A stretch of 63,598 nucleotides of DNA, counting the filler, from Collodictyon triciliatum (lineage: Eukaryota), in NCBI GenBank assembly GCA_043381765.1. It is 25 parts of 25 records of this genome, joined end to end, with 100 filler letters (N's around TTAATTAATTAA, not from the genome) between each part and the next. Parts side by side here need not be neighbours in the genome. Positions count along the whole stretch, not along the records: positions 1 to 2,396 come from JBHJMP010008972.1; positions 2,497 to 7,127 come from JBHJMP010008973.1; positions 7,228 to 9,623 come from JBHJMP010008974.1; positions 9,724 to 12,118 come from JBHJMP010008975.1; 21 more parts are not named here. One strand, 5' to 3'. This document shows positions 1 to 9,910 of the stretch, piece after piece (position 1 is the first letter of the stretch; each line of letters opens with the position of its first letter). Position numbers and translations under genes: made by a program. The notes under the pieces are model-generated. The model saw nothing but the letters and a program-made list of their open reading frames with translations. It made no database searches and had not been told where the DNA came from.

Positions 1-840
1 TTTCTTTTTCTTTTCTTTTTCTTTTTCTTTTCTTTTTCTTTTCTTTTTCTTTTCTTTTTCTTTTTCTTTTCTTTTTCTTTTCTTTTTCTTTTTCTTTCTT
101 CTTTTTTCCTTCATTTTTATTTCTTTTTCTTTTTTCTTCTTTTTTCCTTTTCTTTTTTTCTTGTTTATTCTTTTCCTTTCCCTCTCTTCAGTCTCATTCA
201 ACCTGTAAATGGATAGACTTCATTACAAAGCTTGTGACGAACTTGGTTTTACCCCTTTTAAGTCACAACGCTTTTTATACAACGAAAGTGTACCCATATA
301 TAACAGTTTATTGCACAGACAAACATCGCATTAAATCTGGATTGACAAAAGCAGGAACTTTGATGAATCCAAGAAACATCCTGAATAATATAATAATATG
401 ATTAGTATATATTAAGGTTGAAAAATACTGAATAATTTCATTCTTTTCCTATAATCAATTTATATTTTATTTTCCATTATGTAACATTATCGTTAAAATT
501 CAATTACAAACATGCCATTGCCTTGGTTCAGACAGAACCCACCCTGTAAACCTGCCACCAAACATGCATCTCAAAAAAGCAAACTATCCTCACTTGCGGC
601 GGTAATCATGCTGTTTGAGGCCGATATGTTGAATTTCAGTCGCAATGGCTATACGGCTGTCCTTTCGAACTCGCCGACTCGGCTCTCAGTATTTCGTCTC
701 AAATCACTTGTAAAAAAACTTTGCGTGTTTGTTTGCCACAATGCGCACACTTTGAAAGTCTCGGTAGATGCTTGATTCTTCATAATTGATTTTATGCAGT
801 TTTTTTTTATTATTAAATAGACTATGATTAAAATTTTATT

Positions 841-848
841 AAAATTGA
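841..848 (+). promoter_or_regulatory. AAAATTGA octamer, identical to the Mimiviridae early-promoter motif, upstream of the Fanzor-like gene
   Basis: AAAATTGA starts 54 nt upstream of the ATG at 895 in an AT-rich stretch. The octamer is AT-rich and also occurs in LINE tails in this window, so chance is possible. Confidence 0.35.
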
Positions 849-894
849 AAACTCGGTAATTTTCTAAAGGAAAAAGTAAAACAAAGACTTTCAG

Positions 895-1111
895 ATGAAG
901 AAAAGAAAGCGTCTTGAGTCTGAGAATCTAAAGTCTGTAAAACGAGACTATCGAAATGTGAAAGCATCTCTAAAGTTGATTGTAAAGAATGCGGATGACT
1001 ATTACAAAATCAACGATACGGTTTTATTATGTCATAATTTGGTTACTGACATTTATCTGTTTGCAAGATGATACGTATTGAAATCACAGAAGTCCCAACA
1101 ATCAATCAAAT

Positions 1112-1172
<61 letters not shown>

Positions 1173-2157
1173 TAAAATTTAAAGACAGTCGGAATAGTTT
1201 CACAAGATAGACCTGCATTTTTAAAAAACAACAGATATGAGAGATGACATGATGACTTTTTATTTGAATGGTTTTCGATTCCTTTTGTCCCGAAAAGAAC
1301 GCTTTCCGTTGATTGGACTGTCTCGTGTATTACCGTACTTGGCGAAGCAAATGTTAACAGCTTATCATAATGACATTAAGGAATATTTTGTAAAGAGGTT
1401 ACTGCGCTTTATAAATCAAACAGTACCTAAATATGAGAATATTACGGAAGCTATTAAAAAGGCAGATACGAAAGTAAAAAAAAGTCATCTCCAAGAAAAT
1501 CCAAATACCAAAACAAAATAAAGATCGACTATAACGCCTTTGCATCGTATCATTCCCAGCGATATTGTAAAAGCTATCGAATATGACATCAAAGTCAACC
1601 CAAACAAGTGCATTCCATGTCTGATTTACATGAATCGCATTTATGAGGACATTGGACCCAAACTGTTTCGACCAATCCTCATAATGACTACCAATATACC
1701 ATGCTATATTACTTTAGATACTGCATAATTGATAGATCTATTAATTTTATCTGGAAAAACATATTAAATAAGAACATATCAGTATGCAAAGAGACCCTAT
1801 GAGATGAGTTCTTTGAAATGAAGAAGAGGGTCTTTCATCAAAGAGACTACCATTTTAAATACATGATATAAACACACAGCTTGGTGGTGTCATTATTGTT
1901 TGAAAAGAAAGGGATTTCAAATTCAAAAATCCAAGTTAATCAAAGGCTCAAGAATATGTTTATAGATGAGCTTTTCGAAGAGCAGTTATCTTTATTAGCG
2001 AAAAAAACAGTTGGAGTGAACGCAAGCAAGTTTTATTTGGTTTACATTGGATGAGACAGGTAAGAAATTACGTTGCACGGCACACCAAAGAAGACATGAT
2101 AGCAAATCTCTTAAAAATCACAAAATACGCCTGCGCGAGAAAGAAGAGTACAATTAG
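895..2157 (+). pseudogene. Fanzor1-type (eukaryotic/giant-virus TnpB-like RNA-guided nuclease) pseudogene, 3'-truncated after RuvC-I
   Basis: Stitching frames gives MKKRKR...VKASLKLIVKN..KINDTVLLCHNLVTDIYLFAR*YVL, EVPTINQMF, FYLNGFRFLL..VLPYLAKQMLTAYHNDIKEYFVKRLLRFIN, IEYDIKVNPNKCIPCLIYMN..KLFRPILIMTTNIPCYITLDTA*LIDL, YHFKYMI*THSLVVSLLF (the IQTDGxxxSLLF block), FIDEL..KKTVGVNASKFYLVY (RuvC-I VGxDPGK) and DETGKKLRCTAHQRRHDSK. This is the motif order I recognise from Fanzor1 proteins. It has several stops and frameshifts, a 59-nt poly-T at 1113-1171, and no introns. Confidence 0.85.
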
Positions 2158-2300
2158 TCAGGGATATATATGGCAACAGGTTTACAAAGTGCTGTTTCTT
2201 TTGGTCTCAGGACTTTTGAAGAGAATCAGCTGTTTGAGACATTAAGAGTATCTTTTAATCGATTTAGAGACAGGACTGAGTAAACATAATTCATGCACGG

Positions 2301-2396
2301 TTTTTTTTTTTTTATTCTTCCTTTCAACTTTTGTGCAGGACCGAGGGGGGGTGTTGGCTTTGGTTCGCTAGCCATCGTTTGCATGGACGCTACTTG
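2301..2396 (-). mobile_element. 3' end (ORF2 stop, 3'UTR, poly-A) of L1/Tx1-like LINE family A
   Basis: Near-identical to 3128-3219; the poly-T on + is the poly-A tail. Cut by the scaffold end. Confidence 0.85.
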
Positions 2397-2496
2397 NNNN
2401 NNNNNNNNNNNNNNNNNNNNNNNNNNNNNNNNNNNNNNNNTTAATTAATTAANNNNNNNNNNNNNNNNNNNNNNNNNNNNNNNNNNNNNNNNNNNN
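2397..2496. other. Artificial scaffold-joining linker N44-TTAATTAATTAA-N44 (first of 24; others e.g. 7128-7227, 9624-9723, 61827-61926)
   Basis: The same 100-nt block, with stops in all six frames, recurs about every 2.49 kb. Confidence 0.98.
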
Positions 2497-2555
2497 TTTT
2501 TTTATGAATTTATTCTTCCTTTCAATTTTGTGCAAGACGGTGGGAACGTTGTTGA
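2497..2555 (-). mobile_element. Short diverged LINE 3'-tail related to family A
   Basis: tattcttcctttcaattttgtgcaagac matches the family A terminus tattcttcctttcaacttttgtgcaggac, next to poly-T. Confidence 0.6.
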
Positions 2556-3127
2556 GATATCTATAAATTTATTGAAGGAATTTTCGTATAATAACGCAGA
2601 AGAATCAAACGAATGACCAAAGTTTTTTAGCTACTTAAATCCAGTGAGGTTTCTGATATTTGTTGCTTGCAGGTCCAGACAAAGAATCATGGCCGGTCCT
2701 TTGGTCTATGACATTCCTGCTGCCTTTGTATAATTGAGGAATACCAAAAGGAATACTCTAAAGTATATCCCTGACTCAAGTTTCGAACGATGTTAGAGTA
2801 CGAGCATATCAACACTCACGTCACATCATCTATAGTCATGATCGATAATCACAGACGAGTCTATAAAAATGAATACTCTTTAATATGAATCATATCCAAT
2901 CCGTCTTTTTGAATCATCCCAGTTCCAGTGTCGGAGCTATCGAAATATGGCCGGCTGGTGGTGACGACCAAAAGGGATTCACCCACAGAGGGGGCGTCAC
3001 TAGGAGTCTGTCATCTTCCCTGGTCCGCCGGAGCCCCCAACCAAGACCCCTGCTGAATCTTGAGGCTTTTGTAGAGCAGGAACTAACAGTGCTGCGTTTC
3101 CCAGAGTAAATTTCATTCAAATATGCA

Positions 3128-5052
3128 TTTTTTTTTATTCTTCCTTTCAACTTTTGTGCAGGACCGAGGGGGGGTGTTAGCTTTGGTTCCCTAGACATCG
3201 TTTGCATGGACGCTACTTGGTGGCTGGTTGGCAGAGAAGTAGTCGGTAATCAGGAATTGCATCCTGTGGTTTGGCCTGTAACCTGGGTCTTGTGCTTGCA
3301 TGAGAGAGGCAAGGCGAGGTTTAATATCTTTCTCAGCCTATTTCCACATGTCTCTTCTCACGGGGTCGGAGTAGTAGAGAACGTGCAAGTGGCGAAGAAA
3401 GCTGTTGAGAAAAGCATTTGTATGATGTCATTCAGTCTATTATCAGGAATGGGTGGCTGGTTGTTGACCCTTACTTTGCATGAGTATACGCGCGCTATCC
3501 ACTTAGTCCATAGCAAATGGCCTCGTGTCACTGCCCAGAATGTTTTTGCCTCTGGACGCAGCTGTTGCAGAGGTTTAATTATCGCCTGGATTGGACAAAC
3601 AGCCGCAGCCGTCTTGAGTGTCAGTCGAAGAGTCTCACCGGCTGTTTTGCGTATGGTTTTGAGCGAAGGGACATTGTAAAAAATGTGTGCTCAATGGATT
3701 CATCACGGTGGCTGCAAAGTGTGCATTGTTGGGAGACTTTGCCAGCTTTTGCCGCGCGTGTGCCTATCCATAGCTCCCTATTGGTGATATCAAGCATTAG
3801 AGAGCGGTGATTTGGAAGGAATTGCGGGATTCGTGCTTGTCTCCAGCTCGCGGTGAGCGGGGCGTGGGTGATGCCCAGTGTTTCTCCCCACCGTTGATGT
3901 TTTGACTTTTTGTAGGGTGTTGGTGGCGATATTTTGTATCGAAAGAATTTGGAGTAGACCATAGCCATCGAGAACTGAATAGACTGCGCACCGTTAGACG
4001 AGTGTTCGTTCTTGAGGCGGAAAAACAATGGCGACGGGATGTTGTATGAGAATGGTCTGCGTGAGCGCCATTTTCCTTTGTTATTCAGGACAGCTGTGGT
4101 TGGCTGTGTATCTTGTGCGCGGAATGCAGTGGAGCTTGGCGTTGTGATGTGCGAGCCGTCTTCTTTGAATGAGATTTCTGTGATGGTGGCCGCGTTGCCT
4201 TCGTGAACCTGTTTGGTGATGCAGAAGCCTTTCTGGTTGTCCCAGCATATTTGTGCTGCTGCCAATGGCTCGTTCAGGGGTATTCTCATTTCGCAGTGAG
4301 TATACAGAATCTGCCAACGCGAGAGCAAAGACTCTGGTGTATTTGGAGGTGGTGTGGGATTATTCTTTGTTGCAACTGTGTTATGAAGGGAGAGATGTCT
4401 TGATGACTTGGAAGAAGGTGGCGTACGCTTCACTAGGTAGGCGGTCAGGGCCTGGTGCTTTGCGCTTCGGCATGGACTTGATAGCGCTCCACAATTCGCT
4501 GTCATCAATGTCTTTGACCATGGATTCGGCCTCTCTTTCGTTCGCCACAGAGCAGTTTTTTCTTACCAGCTCGAGAGCGGCACGGTCAAAGTCTCGTTTC
4601 TTCCACACATCGGCGTAGAAGTTTAGGGTGTTGGTTTTGCCAATCTCTTCAGGTGGCAGTGGTTCATTCTCGTCTGACTCTGGCAGTGGAGGGCAGGGCG
4701 TCATTTCTTTTTCTTTACCAAGTCCGAAGAACCATCGGTCGATTTGCTCGTAGTACCTGATGTGTCGTGATTCCCATTTTCGTCTTTCAGCTTCGATGTC
4801 CTCCGATAGCTGTGCAATCAGTTTATCTTCGACCGATACGATTATTATTATTATTATTTTTAAGGCCATCGCTCCATGATGAGGGTTTTGTAGAGGTTGA
4901 CATGAGAACGTCTCTATCTCTTTCGAGTGTCCTCTCTATGTTGCTTTTTTTCTTGAATTCGCTGGATTTCTCGTTGAGCAAGGAGATGAGCTTCTCTTTG
5001 ACAGCCTTCCAGTCAGCGTTGATATTGAGAATGAATTTATTGGATAACACGT
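3128..5052 (-). mobile_element. L1/Tx1-like non-LTR retrotransposon family A; 5'-truncated, RT core internally deleted, decayed
   Basis: The ORF2 linker and RT start (ELWSAIKSMPKRKAPGPDRLPSEAY) are fused near 4385 to post-RT sequence. The C-terminal CCHC finger CTLCSHRDESIEHTF..C follows, then the C-terminus RMQFLITDYFSANQPPSSVHANDV* (stop 3191-3193), a short 3'UTR and poly-A. Confidence 0.9.
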
Positions 5053-5592
5053 AATGTAGATTCTACGAGTGCTCGGTGATTCATTCTGAAATCTTTTATT
5101 ATTATTTTTATTTTTTAAAATAAAAAAAACCCTGTATCTGTCGATAAAACTGGAAACGATGAACCTTGCGGGCTGCTAAAGACAACCACTCCCGCGAACG
5201 GCGCATAATGCGGGGTGAAATATTGCTTCTCTTTGAACGGAATTTGCAATTAACTTTCAATATCCACAGCGGGGTGAAAAATGCGTCAAAATTTAGGACG
5301 AAACCCTTTCTTTTCTTTTCTGTCTGTTCTTTTATCGTTTTATTTGTTTCCTGAAAATAAACTTGTGTCTGTGAGCTCGGTCCGCCTTGGAGTCGCAGCT
5401 CTTTGGGTTGAACGACTTTGACTACTAGAAAATCATTAATTTTAAGAAATCCACTATGGGGAAAGGATTTAATCGTCAACCTATTTTACTGCTTACATGC
5501 CAAAATATAATCTCATTGCATCGGTGGGTTTTTTTTTAATTTAGGAACTATGTACCTCTAGCAGAGTGTTTCTCACCTTTCTGTGGAACACC

Positions 5593-6977
5593 TTATTTTC
5601 CACCCTTCTTTGGCTGTTCCGTCTTCTTGACTGGCTGTTCAGCTGGCTCTTTCGAGTGACCGTCAGGGATATTGAATAGAACTGGGGGCTTGCTTGTGTT
5701 GATGAACGGACTGTCAACGATATAGTAACCCTTGCGTTCAAGTTGAATAATATCGCCTGTCCAGAATAAATTGTATTAAGATGCTTAGTATAGAAATGTA
5801 AATCTATCCAATTATCACATTTTCTCACTTCTGCTTCTGTCTTGATTACTATAACAACTTGACTCAATACATTATTGGTATTTGTTGTTTGTGTTATTAA
5901 GTGTGGGACATTGCTTTAAATAAATATAGAAGTGGACAACGACGAGACCTTTTTGAAGATTGCGGAGGTTGGAGTCACCAATGGCCAAAGTCTAAACAGT
6001 AAGACCAGAGTTAGTGAGGCGAAAATAAATCACGACTTCGAAAAGACCACGTAAGTATGCAGTATTAAAGTGACTCAAGCCTCTTTGCGGCTGCTTGGAT
6101 TGATAAAATTCAAAAAATCGTCTTCTTCTTCCAGTTTCTTCTTTGTCATCAAGTGACCGAAATCAACTAACACAAGCGGCACCGAGTCCTCGATGTCAGC
6201 AACCTATAAATTAAAAATGAATATATATGAAGAGAAATTGAAAGTTGTGCATAAAGCAAAGGATAAGATTAAAGCAGACCCATTGCAGTTTCTTTTTCGT
6301 GTTTTTGACGTTTCCTTCCAGGTTAAGCTTTCCTTGAAGAGAAAGAATCTTTCCACTCTCATCGCGTTTAATCTCAGACACAATGGCATTGCCCCAGTCC
6401 ATCAACGTCACCTGGTCCACCAGCGGTTGATTTTAAACATTCTTTTAAAAGTTGCAATTAAACCGAATAAAAAGAAAAGGACAGAAAATTGAAAGGAAGA
6501 ATAAGAATTAAAAAAAGAAAAAGAAAAGAAGAAAAACCACCTCCTCATTTTGTACGATTTCACGGGCATCCTCTTGATCGAGGAAGATGGTTTTGTAAAA
6601 AACGGTCACTTTGTTGCCAACGTCAGGATTTTTCTTGTGTTTGGGAATGGTTCGGCCCTCGGGTGTTGCGGGTCCGTCCTCCAAGGTGAACGGTACTCTA
6701 CATAATTATGGATGTGTAAAAAAAAAATGTAGAATTTTTTTCGTGGAGTATGAACAAAAATATTGATGTGTAGCTGCAAATAACGAATGAAACACAACTG
6801 ATGAAATATACTTGTCAGATGCTCCCACAGCGGAAAAACGAGGAGCTATTGGGTCAATCAGGCGCTTGTTGATAACCCACAGCTTCTCCCATTCCATCAA
6901 ATTCAGATTCTTTGAGGCACCCTGGACAAGGATGAACTGCTTCATGGCTTCAACCAAAAGTCCACGACGAACAAGCC
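5593..6977 (-). CDS. Cytosolic glutamyl-tRNA synthetase, 3' part (6 exons; 5' end beyond the scaffold)
   Basis: Exons encode GLVRRGLLVEAMKQFILVQGASKNLNLMEWEKLWVINKRLIDPIAPRF, IPKHKKNPDVGNK, VTLMDWGNAIV..KNTKKKLQW, DFGHLMTKKKLEEEDDF, TLAIGDSNLRNLQKG and DIIQLERKGYYIVD..LFNIPDG..GGK* (TAA at 5593-5595). Confidence 0.93.
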
Positions 6978-7227
6978 CTGTATGTAAATGATAGATGTTT
7001 TTTTTCTCTTCAAAGGATTGCAATATGATAAAGATATCTGAATAATTTTTTTTTTTTTTTTTTTTTAGTTTTAAATTTTTTTTTTTAATAAAATAAAAAA
7101 AAAAATTTATTTTTAAAAAGAAAAAAANNNNNNNNNNNNNNNNNNNNNNNNNNNNNNNNNNNNNNNNNNNNTTAATTAATTAANNNNNNNNNNNNNNNNN
7201 NNNNNNNNNNNNNNNNNNNNNNNNNNN

Positions 7228-7320
<93 letters not shown>

Positions 7321-8153
7321 TTAAAAAAAATAATAACTATGATAATCACGAAAAAAATACTCTGCGATTGACATCGCCCTGTCAAATCAAAATAAAACAA
7401 GATGCTGCGGATCCAAAAAGACACTTTCAAAGAATCCATGCCATAAATGCACAAAATTCAAGTGCCTTTTTTTTCACTTGTCCTGCCATGACTTGTCTTT
7501 TCAGCCCATAAACGCATGTTCAGTTCCCACACACAAACACACCCACAGATGCATAAACACCAACGGCATGTTGCTCGACTCGTTCTTAAGCGAGCAAGAC
7601 AGAAGGCCTTGGCCTGCTTCCAGTTGGCTATATGGGCTTAGCAATAGGTGACATTTGTCTTTGTCTTTGTCTTTTTTTTTTAACTATTTCTTTAGTACTC
7701 CTCAGAAGAGAAGGATATGAGTCGCTATGTTTCGTCAAGCTCGGCATCAAGTATTTTTTCTAACGCCTTTGAGATGGGCAGGCGGACTAGGTATGACCTC
7801 TGATTTTGTCCTTCTCTGTCTTTTATCTTCTCAGTTTCCTTTCTACTTTTTTCTTCTTTTCTTTTTTCTTGTCTTTCGTTTTCGTTTTCTTTTTTATCTT
7901 TATGTTTATCTTTTTACTTTCCTGTTTCTGTTTTTTCTTTCATACTTTCAAAACCTTTACCTGGGCTTTTCCCGATGAAATGCTCTACTCATAATTGCAC
8001 TCGATCCATATAATACCAATTCCTTTTTCTCCAATAATATCAGTTATTTTCTTCGTTATTGAATTACTGGCATTACTTTACAGTCATTTAACTTTTTTTT
8101 TTTTGTCATTTTAGTCATTAGAAGTAAGCTAATAAGTCATTCCGATTATACAG

Positions 8154-8419
8154 GAATATCACAGAATCAATATCTTCTATTTTCTCATTGGGCTCAATGG
8201 CTTCACTGAGTCGGGTGTCCTTTTCGAGCTGGAGTTCAAAATCATCTGTTGCCATTCAGAATCACCAATGGGAGCACCGATATTCACTCTTGGTTGTAAT
8301 AGTAATGATTCCGCCGTTAATTCTGTCACTAGGTGCCACACATTAATTCCCTCTTCACTTTATTATTATTATTATTATTATTATTGTTGTTGTTGTTATT
8401 ATTATTATTGTTGTTGTTA

Positions 8420-8502
<83 letters not shown>

Positions 8503-9496
8503 ACCGCTGAGGATTATATTTAATTTGATTAAATAGCTTTGTTATATGTTTATTATTTTCTTTAATATTTCTGGTCATTTCTTGGCATCATTTTAGTCGA
8601 GGATGTGGATGAAGGGAATAATGAGCATGACCATCCTCCTGGCGATAGTTCTCAAGACAAAAAAGACAGAATGAAATTATTATTCTATCATTTGTATGGA
8701 TCCATTGTTTCCATAGCTTGCTGTTCTCATGTATTTTGGAGTTACTTTCGCATCAGACGCAGCAAGCGAAACAAAAATTATGTCTCATCTCCTCCAGTCA
8801 TATTACTTCTATGTAGTAATACATGCGATATGATTTTTGCAGTGGTTACTATTATTGACTCCCTCAATTACGAAGCACGTTCTCAATATTAAATAATATA
8901 TTTACAAGATAAATACATACCGTGTCCCTTTTTTCCCCAATAACAAAGAAAGAAATCAGCCGAATGATTAAAAACAATTTTTTTTCAGAAAATGAATTTT
9001 ATTAATAAAAAGAACTCATCATGCTCTAGAATAAGGTGTGCGCAACCTACTCGACAATTACCCAGTTCTCATTGATTGGTTCAGCTCTTTATGTCGTGTC
9101 TCTGTCAATAGGTTTATTTTGCTTTAATTTCTCCTTTCCTTTCCTTTCCTTTCCTTTCCTTTCCTTTCCTTTCCTTTCCTTTCCTTTCCCTTCCTTTCCC
9201 TTCCTTTCCCTTTACCTCAAAATTTAATATAAGGATTATATGAAACAACAACAATAATAATAAAATAATAATAATGAACACGGTGGCTCCAATAGTAATG
9301 AATTTGATTAATTATTCATCTAATCGTTCGTAACACAGACCTCCTGATGACAATTCAGTTCTCGTTCATGAATCATAAGCTTTTGCTACCTCTCTACCAC
9401 GCCTTCGTATTGACTATCAGTGGAGTTACAAGTTTTGCATTATTGCTATCTGGTGCATATGGTATCTCACCATACAGGCGCTGCTGGATCGAGGCT
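8154..9496 (+). CDS. Seven-transmembrane receptor, cAMP-receptor-like (CAR/Crl-type), partial, multi-exon
   Basis: TM1 LYGSIVSIACCSHVFWSY, TM2 VILLLCSNTCDMIFAV, TM3 VCATYSTITQFSLIGSALYVVSLSIDLLMTIQFSF, TM4 YHAFVLTISGVTSFALL, then loop YGISPYRRCWI. Further upstream exons are probable at about 7500-7790. Confidence 0.65.
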
Positions 9497-9570
9497 GTAT
9501 GTATGTAAACACTCCAATTTTCCTTCATGGTTATGGGCTTTTAGGTCACATTTTAACGAGTCACAGCCCT

Positions 9571-9623
<53 letters not shown>

Positions 9624-9910
9624 NNNNNNNNNNNNNNNNNNNNNNNNNNNNNNNNNNNNNNNNNNNNTTAATTAATTAANNNNNNNNNNNNNNNNNNNNN
9701 NNNNNNNNNNNNNNNNNNNNNNNTTTTTTTTGTTTTTTTTTGTTTTTTGTTTTGTTTTTTGTTTCTTGTCATTGAGAATAACCTTATTATCATCTGAAAT
9801 GTAAAATGTGAAAAGAAAAAAAAAACGAAGTGTATGATACTTTTTTCTACTCATTTTTTTTGAGACAGTTTTACCATACAGGGTAAAAACATTGAGAAAG
9901 TAACCATACT

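Noticed and set aside
512-775. 87-aa ORF upstream of the Fanzor as a partner transposase or recombinase
   Set aside because: No serine/tyrosine recombinase, DDE or HUH motif is recognisable on either strand.
2158-2300. Possible Fanzor omegaRNA or transposon right end
   Set aside because: The omegaRNA is expected at the 3' end of a complete ORF. This copy stops mid-protein, and I see no convincing structure or second copy to define ends.
2441-2452. Regularly spaced TTAATTAATTAA palindromes resembling a repeat array or PacI sites
   Set aside because: Always centred in N44 blocks, so this is an artificial six-frame-stop linker.
3206-4618. Plus-strand ORFs overlapping the LINE (also 26057-26770)
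   Set aside because: Antisense shadows of ORF2 with no independent coding signal.
5160-5300. Two GCGGGGTGAAA motifs and a possible hairpin near the LINE 5' end, as a tRNA or ncRNA target
   Set aside because: No cloverleaf or A/B boxes and only imperfect pairing; no RNA gene could be supported anywhere in the window.
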